Part shown: positions 24,273-38,460 of the stretch, piece by piece
Numbering within the stretch: the first letter of the stretch is position 1
Layout: the number at the start of each line of letters is the position of its first letter
From: Octopus bimaculoides
Taxonomy: Eukaryota
NCBI RefSeq assembly: GCF_001194135.2
Contig: NC_068992.1
Span: 44,738,570 to 44,802,569 of the forward strand
Direction: 5' to 3'
Length of the DNA stretch: 64,000 bases
The notes under the pieces: generated by a model
Database searches by the model: none
What the model was told of the DNA's origin: nothing
The model's input: only the letters and a program-made list of their open reading frames with translations
Translations under genes and position numbers: made by a program

Positions 24273-24899
24273 CATGCATATATGTATGTGTGTGTACACA
24301 TTATCTACGAATATTTCTCGATGTTTGTGTAATTATCAATTACGTGCTCATTAACTGTTTGGGTATTTTTAGAGAAGAGTTTTTGAAGAATGTATGACAC
24401 GACGAGAGTTCGATTATGTAGGTGGTGTTGATTTCTATAAATGGCAGCGTTTAATATTGTAGGATATTATTTGTGGAGATATTTGTTACTAAGCAATGGT
24501 CATCTCTTTGTAATGTTTTAAATATTTGGCATGGCTTATGATAGATAATCTTAAATCTGTTTGCTGTCAATCCGATATAATTTATGCTTTTCTGATCACA
24601 AAGATGTCACAAAGACAGCAGGGATCACTGATATTTATAGAAAATAGCCATTTACTGGATTTACATTTGACGAATTATATTTATATTTCCATATACTAAT
24701 GTTATTTCTGCTATGGCAATTTGAAATGTTTATTACAATTATTGATTGATGATATTATCAAAGTTGCGAGTATTTGGCCGTCTTAGACAGAATTTGGATT
24801 AACGTATGCTTTATAATCATATCTAGAACAAAAGTTGCTATGTTCAGTCATTTCAGCTGTTGATATCGATTGAATGTTGTGGATAAAACCGAATGAATT

Positions 24900-25200
24900 T
24901 TTTTCCAAATGAATACGGAATATTCTACCCAACTATTTCGTTCCATCCACCACTTTGGTAAAATTTCATCAAAGTAGACAATTTCATTACCATTGTACTA
25001 TAAGTATGCCTCATCTCACTGGAAATATAACTCCACATTTTCAAAAGTCACTTGAATAAATGGCATGGCAGATTGTCCAAGCAAGTTTAAATAAATGAGA
25101 CCAGTCACATATCATCGAACAAGAACGGCCGAATTTATCATTTTGAAGACAAGCTGCCCCATAGTGTAACCTCACGCAAATTAACATGATGTACCTCCAC
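24900..25200 (-). mobile_element. Highly decayed IS630-Tc1-mariner transposase fragment
   Basis: Frame-broken translation HVNLREVTLWGSLSSK**IRPFLFD...FENVELYFQ*DEA...YFDEILPKWWMERNSWVEY resembles the VTVWCG...GPFFF...FQQDGA...WIGR catalytic-domain pattern. Confidence 0.5.
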
Positions 25201-25701
25201 ATTTAAATCAATCATTTTTGGAAAATGATTGATTTTATATACCAAGAAGCACTCAGAAAATTCCACACTTCGTGTTGGATCATCTTGATGGAGAGCATAG
25301 ACTAATCAAGAGTTGTGAATTTTATAATAGTGGCGTTTCAAAATGCGACGCATATTTGTTTTTGAAATTCTTATCTCACAACTAATTTACAGTACAGAGA
25401 TTCTTGAATTCGTTTCTATTACTCTTGCTTTTTGTGAATCGACAAGAATATTTCTGGTGGGCATGCTGAACAATTCCATCAGCTTCAGACCTATAACTAA
25501 TTCGAAACATAGTAAGTTACGCAGGTGGATCTGTTTGAAGTCCACATCTAAGCAGTCTTTTTACCTCGACTGCAAGCAGCACATTAGAAAGAATTTTCTT
25601 AGTTCAAAACTTAGTCTGGCTTCTTTCGGTATTTCTAATAGCTTAAATATAAAAAGAGATGAAAGTTAAGTGTGTATATATTTTGAAAGGTTAACTTGCC
25701 C

Positions 25702-25702
<1 letters not shown>

Positions 25703-25790
<88 letters not shown>

Positions 25791-25842
25791 AATCAGTCAG
25801 TCAGTCAATCAGTCAGTCAGTCAATCAGTCAGCCAGTCAGTC
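25703..25842. repeat. (TATC)n followed by (TCAG)n
   Basis: Direct reading. Confidence 0.95.
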
Positions 25843-27481
25843 AAGATATACGGAAACAAGGGAAATGACAGAGATGACTTTTTAATGAATCTTGAAAATG
25901 GAATAAAAAATGTTTAGTAAATATGTAATAAAAATGTATAAAAGATTTTTGGTGTAATATCAAGAAATTTCTCTGATTTACAGAGAAAATTTACAGGGAC
26001 TGAAATACATGTATATGCTGATGAATAATGGTGTAAGAGTGGGAATCGGTGATGCGTAGAAATTCTCATTGAAATTATATACATACAACCTAATATACAC
26101 ATACATATATACATACATGCATCCATCCATCCATCCATACATACATACATACATACATACATGCGTACATACATACATACATACATGCGTACATACATAC
26201 ATACATACATGCATACAGAACTATATATATATATATANNNNNNNNNNNNNNNNNNNNNNNNNNNNNNNNNNNNNNNNNNNNNNNNNNNNNNNNNNNNNNN
26301 NNNNNNNNNNNNNNNNNNNNNNNNNNNNNNNNNNNNNNNNNNNNNNNNNNNNNNNNNNNNNNNNNNNNNNNNNNNNNNNNNNNNNNNNNNNNNNNNNNNN
26401 NNNNNNNNNNNNNNNNNNNNNNNNNNNNNNNNNNNNNNNNNNNNNNNNNNNNNNNNNNNNNNNNNNNNNNNNNNNNNNNNNNNNNNNNNNNNNNNNNNNN
26501 NNNNNNNNNNNNNNNNNNNNNNNNNNNNNNNNNNNNNNNNNNNNNNNNNNNNNNNNNNNNNNNNNNNNNNNNNNNNNNNNNNNNNNNNNNNNNNNNNNNN
26601 NNNNNNNNNNNNNNNNNNNNNNNNNNNNNNNNNNNNNNNNNNNNNNNNNNNNNNNNNNNNNNNNNNNNNNNNNNNNNNNNNNNNNNNNNNNNNNNNNNNN
26701 NNNNNNNNNNNNNNNNNNNNNNNNNNNNNNNNNNNNNNNNNNNNNNNNNNNNNNNNNNNNNNNNNNNNNNNNNNNNNNNNNNNNNNNNNNNNNNNNNNNN
26801 NNNNNNNNNNNNNNNNNNNNNNNNNNNNNNNNNNNNNNNNNNNNNNNNNNNNNNNNNNNNNNNNNNNNNNNNNNNNNNNNNNNNNNNNNNNNNNNNNNNN
26901 NNNNNNNNNNNNNNNNNNNNNNNNNNNNNNNNNNNNNNNNNNNNNNNNNNNNNNNNNNNNNNNNNNNNNNNNNNNNNNNNNNNNNNNNNNNNNNNNNNNN
27001 NNNNNNNNNNNNNNNNNNNNNNNNNNNNNNNNNNNNNNNNNNNNNNNNNNNATATATATATATATATATATATATAGATAGATAGATACATTCATAGACC
27101 TACACATACGTTTATATATACTGTCCATACATCATTCTTTGGGAAATAATGCACTACTGTGCTCCAGTCATACTAACATAACGGATCGTATCATATACAC
27201 GATTCGACAACCCGATTCAATACCAGAGTGAAAGATTATGCTAAACCCTATGAGCATCACATGTAGAAAATTGCATTATAAAGACCCTATGCACATTTAA
27301 CACACAAGCAACAAGCAACATAAAAGCCTGAAATATTTCTGCACGACATACATGACAATCGCATTTAAATAATTGTTATGGGAACAGAAATGACGGTAAT
27401 GGTGCACAAAAGTCATGTTTAGAGCACATGAATTACCTGGTTGGCTTAGGTATTGGATAAAAACTATCTTTCTCTCTCTCC

Positions 27482-27560
<79 letters not shown>

Positions 27561-27790
27561 CACACATCTGCATATACATATAAAGATGTGTGTGTGTGTG
27601 TGTGTGCAAGTCTGCCAGTTGAGAAATCATGCGCCCGCCATACTACACCAGGATTGTTAGAGAATAACGTCGTTTAAGACATATTCTTTATTCTGTGCCA
27701 GATTTAAATTCTAGCGTCGGATTTATTTAATCTTGTTTATTTTTATGAATACTTCCAAAAACGAAAGAAAATTTTATGTATTTCGTAAAT

Positions 27791-27806
27791 GCTGCTGCTG
27801 CTGCTG

Positions 27807-27857
<51 letters not shown>

Positions 27858-27912
27858 ATAATAATAATAATAATTATAATAATACCACCACCAGTAGTAG
27901 AAGTAGTAGTAC
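27791..27912. repeat. (GCT)n-(ACT)n-(AAT)n compound trinucleotide microsatellite
   Basis: Direct reading. Confidence 0.95.
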
Positions 27913-28025
27913 TAGTTGCAGAATCGTTAGCACACCGAATAAAATGAATAGTAGCTTTTCTTCCGGCTTTACAGTCTGAGTTTAAATTTCGCTGAGGTCG
28001 ACCTTGCCTTTCATCTGTTCTTGGT

Positions 28026-28850
28026 CATTAAAGTTTTTCCCTTTTTCTATCATTCTTAGGGCACCTATGGCAACAGGTACTGTTTTAATCTTCAGGTTCC
28101 ACATTTTGCCAATTTCTATTTCAAGATCTTTATATTTGCTCAGTTTTCGCTAGGTCTTCACAGATACGCTTATATCGATTGGGACAGTCATATCAATGAG
28201 GAAGCATGATTTTTGTCTGAAGGTTTTCAATATGATGTCTGGCCTATTTGCATCTATCTTTCTGTCATTTTGAATGGTGAAGTTCCAGAGAAGTGAGATG
28301 TGATCATTTTCAAGCATTGGAGGTGGTTTGTGTTCCCACCAGTTTTTATCATGGGGCAAGTCCAGGTTTTTGCAAATTACCCAGTGAATATATTGTGCAG
28401 CTCTATCATGCTTGTTGAGGTATTCTGTTAGCGCAAGAAAACTGCACATGGAGACAACATGATCAATGGTCTCATTTTGTTGTTGACATACATGACATAT
28501 TCGGGAGTTGCCGTTCTTTAATATGTTGTCCTGGTAGTTCCTTGTAGGTAGGAATTGATCTTGGGCTGCTATGATAAACACTTCTGTTTCTGATTTTAGG
28601 CCAGAAGCCATTAGCCATTGATGGGTAAGGGCTTTGTCAACATCAGCATTATTGGCTCTCATTCGGTATTTGCCATTGAGCGGTTTTTCTTGTCATTTAT
28701 CACTCAGAATATCCAAGGCAGTAGTTTTAGCACGGGTTTTTATGCGCTTAGCTTTTTCTGCGCTTGTTTCTAGTACATCTAATTCTGGAATTTGTTGTAT
28801 TCGAAATTCACTTAGAGAATCCTTTGCCTGTTTTTTTTTTTTACTGAGTA
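28026..28850 (-). mobile_element. R4/Dong-like non-LTR retrotransposon fragment (zinc knuckle + restriction-like endonuclease)
   Basis: EKPLNGKY, AAQDQFLPTRNY, CHVCQQQNETIDHVVSMC (CCHC), ANRPDII, LIDMTVP, then after a stop KLSKYKDLEIEIGKMWNLKIKTVPVAIGAL. In-frame stops are present. Confidence 0.88.
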
Positions 28851-29713
28851 TGATGCCATCTCTGAAATGTAAATTTTTCATCGAAGAATTCGTATAACAA
28901 ATTTTTCATCGATGGAGTTGTACAATAAAAGAAATCGGAAAAATATTGAAAATATACGTAAAGTCCATTGTTCATAAATATTTGACAAATTCCTTTGAGA
29001 TACAAAAAGAAACATCGTTTAGTTTTAAAGCTCCTTTGATGGCGGAACGACTTATAATAAAGCACAATTACATAAATAAAATGTAAGTTTATAAACTAAA
29101 ATTTCTTCACTTGTGAATTTGAGAGTTAATATTTGAAGCTATATTATTCTTCAAACTGTTTATTCTTTTTTCTCTCACAGGAAATATTAATTTCCACGAA
29201 AAGTGTAGATGTTAGCTAGGTATTTACAATGAAATAATGTGCGTGGTTTACAAATAAATGAAAAGATCTCTTATAGACATCGAGTATAGATAAAGAACTG
29301 TAATAAGGAAAATAATTCCTACGTGATCGATATATATTCAGATACGCTGTCTTATTTTGTATTTTCGTTTTTAGGCCACCAACAATAGTTGAATTGATTG
29401 TCGTCATGGTTATATTTTGATATTTCCTTGTTGTGCACTGTGACCCGCATGGAGAATAGGAAATGTTTTCTAATAAATATATTCTTATTGAATATGTGAT
29501 TACAATCGGAGAAATTTCTTAATAAAATACTTTTAAAATTCTACACCAATATACTTTTTGTTCTTTCTATAACAACAACAGCAACAACAACAATAATATA
29601 CAAACATATATGTGTTTGTATGTGTGTGTGTATGTGTGTGTGTGTTTGTGCGCGCACGCGTTCGCAGCGTGGGTAAACCTGTGATTATGCTATTGTGTAT
29701 ATGTGTGGGTACA

Positions 29714-30137
29714 TAGGCGCAGGAGTGGGTGTGTGGTAACAAGTCTAATTCCTAAACGCGTGGTTCCGAGTTCAGTATCAGTGCGTGGCACCTTAGGCGA
29801 GTGTCCTTTATTATAGAGAATAGATTTTAGTCTTGTCAATGGATTTGCTAGCCGGAAACTGAAAGAAGCCCGTCGTATTTATTTATATATATATATATAT
29901 ACAGATTAAATATATAAACATGTGTGTTTATGTGTGTGTTTGTATGTATGTGTGTGTCGCTTCGTGTCTGTGTTTGTCCCCCACCACCGCTTCACGACTG
30001 GAGTTTGTTTACGTACCCGTAACTTAGAGGTTTGGCAAAAGTGAATGACAGAATAAGGTATTGATTCATTCTACTAAAAACTCCTCAAGGCCGTGCTACA
30101 GTATGGCTTCAGTCTAATCATTGAAACAAGGAAAAGA
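29714..30137 (+). mobile_element. SINE family B copy
   Basis: Same head, caccttaggcgagtgtcc, gaaactgaaagaagcccgtcg and tail as the 2679 copy. Confidence 0.85.
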
Positions 30138-30456
30138 TGTAAAATATATAAATACATACAATCATGCATTCATACATGCTTATATGCACATATATATAAT
30201 ACACACACACACACACACACACATGTTTGTATGTATGTATATACATGTACACGTCTATGTATATAGAATCATTAATCCGCACGTCTGAATTGCACAAGTT
30301 ATGGATGTAGTATGTCTGAAGACACTGAATGATCAAAAATGTTTGCTTTCATATTTTCCCAAAATTTAAATCAGGTTCCTGTCTGTCATCCTGTCACTCA
30401 CTCACTCACTCTCTCACTCACTCACTCACCCACTCACTCACTCACTCACTCACTAA

Positions 30457-30547
<91 letters not shown>

Positions 30548-31724
30548 TGTTCGCATATATATATTTGTTTGTACATGTGAGCATCAATCTAAATATTCAC
30601 ATACATGTAACATAAATTGACGGAGATCTGTTTGCACAAACTGAAGGTTAAGAACATATCTGACAGGAAAATATAAATTTATCAAGCTTCATCTTTACTT
30701 AACTGCATAAACGTCAGGATTTACTGTAAACGTTGTTGCATAAACAACAAAGAAAGAAAGCATTTCACTTTGCTCCAAATAAGCATAATTTAAAACATCT
30801 AGTATTTAATACACATACACACATATACGCTCTCTCTCACAAACACACACACACATACAAACATATGCATACATACACATTATTTACGTACATATAAGAA
30901 GGTATATAGAGTGAAAGAGAGAGGAAACAGTTTGATGAATGGAATGAAACAAGCTACTGTACACACTTGAATGCATACATACACACATACATACGTACTG
31001 AAACGCAGTGCGTTCAAGCACAACTATACGTTGATTTTAAGATAAATATTTATCTCAAGCAGTAATGACACAAGCATCGGCATTGTTAGATAACTGATAT
31101 TCTTCTGATTACATTCTGTGAAGAATCTTTCTGTTCAAGATATTAGTGATATTCTTCATCAACTTGTATTCATTATTTAGAAATGAGTACAAGTATTGAA
31201 TAAGCCATCAATACTAACACCATAGAAGATGAAACGAACACTATCGGTAAAAGGAAACAGAATCTTACTTGTTGTACCAGAAATGAAACCTATCAATAGC
31301 ATTTTCTTGGAGTTATGTGCTCAATAAAGACTTGTAATTCCTCTAAAAGTTCGAAAAGAAAGAGATATTTGGCTAAATAAATGCAATGAAAATCTATAGG
31401 AAAGACCTTCACCCAGGAGAAAGGAAAATAATACAAGAAAGCAATTACATATTTGTTGCAGGCAACACAGGAGTTAATGATTATTCATTCACTTTTATAC
31501 ATAAATGGAAATGTAAATATTCCAATATGCCGCACGCACACCTCGTTGTAGAGTAAATTTGACACTTATCGCTACTGTATCAACACACCACAAGAAGCAG
31601 ACACAGACTTAAGCATCGGTAACATTTAATGTACTACGAGAGCGGAAAATGTAAATAAATTAAATGTTTCCTTATTTTTACAATGGTTTCAAACAATTAT
31701 TGTGTTTAAATTTCGTAACGAGAT

Positions 31725-32005
31725 CTCTCTGTCCCTTGTCATTACCTCTGTGAGGTTCGAAGGTCTTTCTTCCCCACCTCATCCCATGTCTTCCTGGGTT
31801 TCCCTCTTCTACGAGTTCCTTCCACTGTCAGGGTGTGACAGACTTCACACAGCTCTTCTGGTCCATACGCAACACATGATCATATCAGCACAGTCGTCTC
31901 TCTTGTACACCACATCTCATGCTTCTTATGTCCAACATTTCTCTCAGGTCACTTACCCTCTGTCGTGTGTGCACACTGATATTGCACATCCAGCGGTCAT
32001 TCACT
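31725..32005 (-). mobile_element. RTE-clade LINE 3' fragment
   Basis: RWMCNISVHTRQRVSDLREMLDIRS...QERRLC*YDHVLRMD, then after a frameshift VEGTRRRGKPRKTWDEV. Confidence 0.85.
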
Positions 32006-32700
32006 GTCAGAAGAGAAATCTTTTATATATGACGGAATACATATTTAACTAAAACTGACTATCTACATTATATATTTGGCAAAACATGGAAGTACATCCT
32101 GTATATTCTTTTCGACTATGATTACTTTTGAATAACAGGGTTGATTTTGACTCTATTTTAGAAGTGGAGTGTCTTGGTCCTGAACACAATTCGATGACTC
32201 TGTCAGTGTACAAACTGTTGAATTCTCGGCTGAATGTTGATGGTTGCTCACTACACAAAACACTGGGAAATTCGTTCTCTCAATACACAGAAGCTGCAAT
32301 AATTTGAAAATGCTGTTAATCGATAATCTTATACAATCTTTATACTACATTAGAGAATATAGTGATATCTCCATGGTGTAACTGTTATCACTTTTGATTA
32401 CTGGGAAAGTTTTTGATTGGCTGAAATTTATTACGGAAGAAATTGTCAGGAATGTGTATAGGTATTGTATAGTTAACTTTTGAATCTCATTTACTGCCTG
32501 TATTCATAAATATGAGCTCATTTACACATAGACTCACATATAACCATATAGGTTTGGTGGAACCAATTGGGAAAATAGAACGCAATATTCAAGAGTAAAT
32601 ATATATGTCTTCATATTTCGTTAAGTAGTTTTACAGCTATGACATATCTATCTAGCTGTCTGCTTCTTTATCTACGTATGTCTATATATATAATTTATAT

Positions 32701-32860
32701 ACAGATGTAGCTGTGTGGTATGAATGTTGCTTCCCAACCACGTGGTTCCGGGTTCAGTCTCACTGTGTGGCATCTTGGACAAGTCTTTTGCTGTAGCATC
32801 GGGCCGACCAAAGCCTTCTGAGTGGATTTGGTAGATGGAAACTGAAAGAAACCCGTCGTA
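32701..32860 (+). mobile_element. SINE family B, 5' half
   Basis: gatgtagctgtgtggt...ggttccgggttcagtc...gaaactgaaagaaacccgtcgta followed by (TA)n. Confidence 0.85.
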
Positions 32861-32868
32861 TATATATG

Positions 32869-32903
<35 letters not shown>

Positions 32904-34793
32904 ATATGTATGCATGTATGTATGTATAGGTGTTTGTAACATCTATTTTCCTTTTTCCGTTCGCTTAAACTTTTTAAAACTGGTGCAATTCATTGAATCT
33001 TCGTTCGTCTCAATAACCACGTTTCAAATGAATGCTTATGTTTGATTCATTTTATTGGAGAGGTTAATTGTAAAGAAGTGATCAGATAGCTACACGATAC
33101 AAATCATTTAGTTGTTTGATCAAATATTTAACCAGTGCTAAGAAGAGATTGATTAGACACACAATCTTGAAATGGATCGGCCAAAAATATTGGCTGTTAC
33201 ATTGTGTTAAGTGACACCGAAGAAGATAAAATTATTCAAAATCTATGTTAAAAAGAATACAATCTGAGATGTAAATAATGTTTGAATTCATGTGTTTCGT
33301 TTGTAAAGGACGCGTTTGTGGTTATAAGGTCGCGAATTATGATTATCATAAAATGTTATTTTAGAAAGAGCAATCCTCTAACCAGTAGTGTTTGAGATAT
33401 CGTACGTAAAATGGGGTTGCACTTCAATTAGATAGCTAATTTATTCTTATAAATCTCTTTCAGAACTTCTCAAAACAAGCGTCAGGTTTATAAGTTCTTA
33501 TACTATTTGAAAATATTAATGAACATGTCATATTTTATTTCACAAGATAGTTCAATCAGCTAAAACGCTAACTGCTGATTATCGTATCTTTTTTGAAAGA
33601 TCAACCATATTTCCAGAAAACTATATGCATGCAATTAATAACAAACACTGTAGAATGGTCAATACGTGTGATTAACGAAGCATATATTATCAATGATATT
33701 CAGCATGATGAAGAAAACAGATATCTGACCCATTTATTTATTTACAGATCTGTAAACTGAATTCTTTTGTGGTGGAATGAGTCTAGTCAATGTAATTGGA
33801 CATTCTCAGAGACAGCTTATCAACATATATGTCCTTTAAGCCCTGTTATTCTAACAAAAAATAACACCCCACTAGCAGGAAGAAAATTCATAAAATTGTA
33901 GACGTACTTACAGAGCTGAGAAAATATTGATAACCCAACATTCAGAAGACAGTTTATTTTTTTCTTCAGTGACAAATTGGTTATAGGCAACATTATTATG
34001 ATGTCAGTGGTTTTTCAAGTTAACGAGAGCAGTTTCAAGATGCTCAACATCAATCTTGAGAAGCGCTGAATTTCTTTTCTAATTTTAGCTAGCACAAGTT
34101 TTCTTTTTCTGGTGTGTTTTTTTAATTTCAACGTCAAAATATCTTCGTCTTTGAAAAATCAATACTATTAAATTTAGATCTAAGGCAGTTAAATACAGGT
34201 CATGATATTGTAGGGTCGGTTCTCTTGGTAGAAGATATAGAATATATGTATAAATATCATAATAAAACTACCAAAAGTAACTGATTGCAGCAGTATATCT
34301 TGGAAAATATAAACAATAATGAAAAAGGTTGAGAAGTAATTATCTTCAAAGAAATGTTCTTTGTCTTCTTTGTAGGAGACGTCCAAAATGATAAGTACAA
34401 AGGCTTAATTTGATAGAATGAAAATATACGTAAGAGGCGAACAGACATTTGACAATAATCATGACGAAAATAAGGAATATTTATATGTATATACAAACGA
34501 GTCTGCAAAATATAGAATAATACAGAATATAATAAACACTGACAGATTGATGAATATTCCAATCATGAAAACGGAGTTCAGATCGTAAAATTCGACAAAA
34601 CTTTGCCTAAACCTTTTTTCTGCCAACAAGCAATACATGCATACATACATGCATACATACACATACATATACATACATACACATATATACGCACATATAC
34701 ACATATACACATATACATGTGTATTAATGTTAGTAAAATTCATTTATCTTATGTTGTTTTACTCAATTTTATGAATTATAACTAATATTAATA

Positions 34794-34836
<43 letters not shown>

Positions 34837-34925
34837 AGTAAAAATAAATACAAAAAAGGGGTCTTGTATGATTGTGTATAGAGGAATATATTATTTTGAG
34901 ACAGTGTTGGAACTCTTTTAAACAA

Positions 34926-34956
<31 letters not shown>

Positions 34957-34957
<1 letters not shown>

Positions 34958-35263
34958 GGTAAGGTATTCGGCTCACGATCGTAAGATTATGAGTTCGATT
35001 CCCGGCGGCGCGTTGTGTCTTTGAGCAAGACACACAATTTCCCGTTGCTCCAGTCCACTCAGCCGGCAAAAATGAGTACTCACTGTATTTCAAATGGCCA
35101 CCCTTGTCACATTCTGTGTGACATTGTATCTTTTTGATAACTATGTTAAAGGTACGCATGCTTGTGGCGTGCTCAGCCACTTGTAAGTTAATTTCACGAG
35201 CAGGATGTTCCGTCGATCGGATCAACTGAATCTTTCGTCGCTGTAACGGACACAGCGCCAGTT
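34957..35263 (+). mobile_element. tRNA-derived SINE family C
   Basis: A-box-like tggtaagg, B-box gagttcgattccc, and a central gttgctccagtccactcagc...aaatgagtac domain (Nin/Deu-like, from memory). Confidence 0.75.
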
Positions 35264-36668
35264 ATATACAAGTGGCAGAAAAAATGAATTGACTGCATCA
35301 AATCTTTTTTTTTTGTTTAATAGCGTCCCTTTACGCTTATATTTTTAAAGCATTTTTCTTTAAGTATATAACTACATGCATGCATACACACACACACACA
35401 CACAGACACGCATAAATGTAAGTAATTATGTATGTTTATTTGCTTGTAAGTCTATTTACCAGTATATACGTGTTTTTTTATGCATATGTGCATATTATAG
35501 GGATGTATCGTATATCTGTTTATCTACCTATCTATCTCCCGTTGTCTCTCTTTATGTACACACACACAGACACACACAAACACACACACACACACACACA
35601 TATATGATTGCACAAATTTCATGACATTTCCACACTCTGATATGCAATAAGTTAAAGTAGGTGATATTGGAATGACACTTCTACTTCCTTTCAAATACAA
35701 TTTACACAGAGAAATGAGACATTATGCATCGTCATTCCTGACATTTTGGAGATGTAAAAGAATTTCCATCTTTGATCAATAAAACAAAAATCTACTCTTC
35801 AACATTTTATAAGTCTCTTTCTTGTTATCTCTTGATGCCATTTCAATAGCAAGTGTTGTAATATAGTTACGTAAACAACATCTACGTTGATATAAAAGAG
35901 CCCGACATTTTAAGACCTGATTCTTTTTTTTTTTACAGTAAAAACAACGGAAGAGTTGTAACATTTATGATCAAGTAATGAAAGTGACAGATGTTTGTTT
36001 CTTTCTTTTACAATAGCACTATAAATATTCATAATATACAAAAAATAAAATATACAATTTACAGTGTATGGAGAATTAAGATACAGGCTCTACATAGATA
36101 TGCTGACAATTGATTATAAAGAGTCGAAAGCCAGTCAATAGATATATCTCGGAATCTCTGTGCTTGTAGGTTAGAACAATATTCAACAACCTATATTTCC
36201 ATAATTACATTTTATATCTACAAAGGAGTATTCAGTAGCATTAATTTATGAATTACTATATAATTTACAATATACATCACTACTATTGCGTGAATAGCAT
36301 AGAATTTTGTTTTAGTTTTAATAGCTTTTAATTTTAGATTTGTGTCTATAATTTTTCTGTGGATTGGTCGTAACCTTTTGGTTGTAACCTGCAAAATGTC
36401 TTGTAAAGTCAATACCACAAATAAATTTGATTTCTATATTTGAAGTCTCATAGTCTTATAATTAAGCATAATTGACTCCGTTTAATTTATGCATTGAAAT
36501 AAGTGTACATATATACACACGCACAAAATCATGCATAACGCACATACATACGAACATATATGCATGCATGCATGCACATATACATATTCATACACAAACA
36601 TATATGCATAAATATATACATACATCATACGTACATGCATATATGTATGTATGTATATACAAACATAC

Positions 36669-36766
<98 letters not shown>

Positions 36767-37699
36767 ATCCATATGAACATGCACGCATATATTTATACAT
36801 ACACATATGTATTATTTAGTATGTGTTACATTCAATTAAAAGACACATAGCTCTAGGCTTTAGCTAAAATCAACTGATTAGAAATGAAATATATGACTAT
36901 ATAGCTTTAATGTCGAAAAGCGAATATTCTTTCTTTATGTCAGGTTATAATGACTTGATATCCAAAGCAATTTCTGCATCTTATCTTTATATGTAGATAC
37001 CTATTTATGTAAAAAACTATATCTGCAAGGAAGGGGTTTATCTACACAGCGTTCTAAACTGAATGGTAGGTTAAAGCTGTGCACATATAACCAATTTTAT
37101 TAACAATGTTATCGAATTCTTTGTCAAATAGTGAGAATAGCATTTTTTTTTTCGTATAATCGGAATTTGCCGGAAGCAGGGCATATTTTTACTGATGCAT
37201 TTTTGAAGCATCCAAGTCTGTAGCCATTTCAATCGTTATAGTTTAAATATAATGACGTCACTGCTACTAACGCAATATCTCAATTCTAACAGACGCTTAG
37301 TTGTTTTCTGTTCAGCATATATGTATCTTCAATAAGCTTAACGTTATATACCTTGTCCAATTCCAGAGGTCTCTTATAACGAATGTAGAATCCATCAAAA
37401 ATCTATATATGTTACCCGCGAACATTGACTTACGTATGTGAAGGTTACTACCAATCACACAATTATGCCGCTGGTGACAAGATGACTTTTAAAATATCAA
37501 AAATATCAAATAAAACATAACAGATAATAATTCTATTAGATATTGCAAGTATAGATGTTTGATATATTATGAAGTGCATTTTGTTCGTGGGTAATAAGTT
37601 GGTATAGTGATATCTAAGACTACACTAGCCGATGTGTTCTTCCCCAGTTTATGATGAGAAAATTTAATTTAATAGAGATTAGCAAGATATTTCTACTGT

Positions 37700-38460
37700 T
37701 TCTTAAAACCTTGTACAGGTTGCGTTGTTGGCTCCTATTCATTAGAGTGCAGTTACGTGGCTCTTGTTATCTGAAGCATTACAGTGCGTTAATGACCAGA
37801 AGAACAAAATAGACGATTAGGTCTGACATCTACAGACTAGTCTCAGTGTATTTGCCCTTTATCAATGTAGAGCAGCCGAACCGAGCAGATGTCGTTACTG
37901 ACCGTCTGTGCGAAGGATTATTTACCTAAATTCAGACTGAAACTAGTCTGTAGATGCCAGACCTGCAAGGGGAAGCGGCTGACCTCCCCTGTTCGAAAGT
38001 TATAATGGACACGGGTTCGTGTGTCACATAGCTAGCTAGAGGCGATGGCGGACTGCCATGATGGCTTGACGATAACTATTAATATATATCTATATATGCA
38101 CGTACATACTGGTTTCATCAATGGTCATGAAAGTCGAGTAATGATCAAAGAGTAAATTCACAGGCTACGTAAGCTGGGATATCAGGAACTCTGCAGCCCG
38201 GGCCACTATTTCACTGTACTGCGAGTTTCCAGCTCCGGTACTATGGATATGTGGCCAGAATCGTAGGCCAGATTCTTCGAGCCGAGCTAACGGACCGGAG
38301 AGCTAGGGCCGGACCGAGAGCGAGATGGATGTAGAATATCCATAGTCTCAGTTGCTCACAGTTGGGAATGCACGAAGAGTTTGTAATGATGTTCTGTATG
38401 ACAGGAACTTTTCGAGACGTTGCCTCGATACTCTACCGATCTCGACGATCCCAGGAACAG
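37700..38460 (+). mobile_element. Old RTE-clade LINE 3' fragment
   Basis: QLRYYGYVAR...ILRAELTDRRARAGPRARWM*NI (about 38229-38340) matches the RTE pattern LRxxGHVAR...GRPRxRWxD. The upstream boundary is uncertain. Confidence 0.6.
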
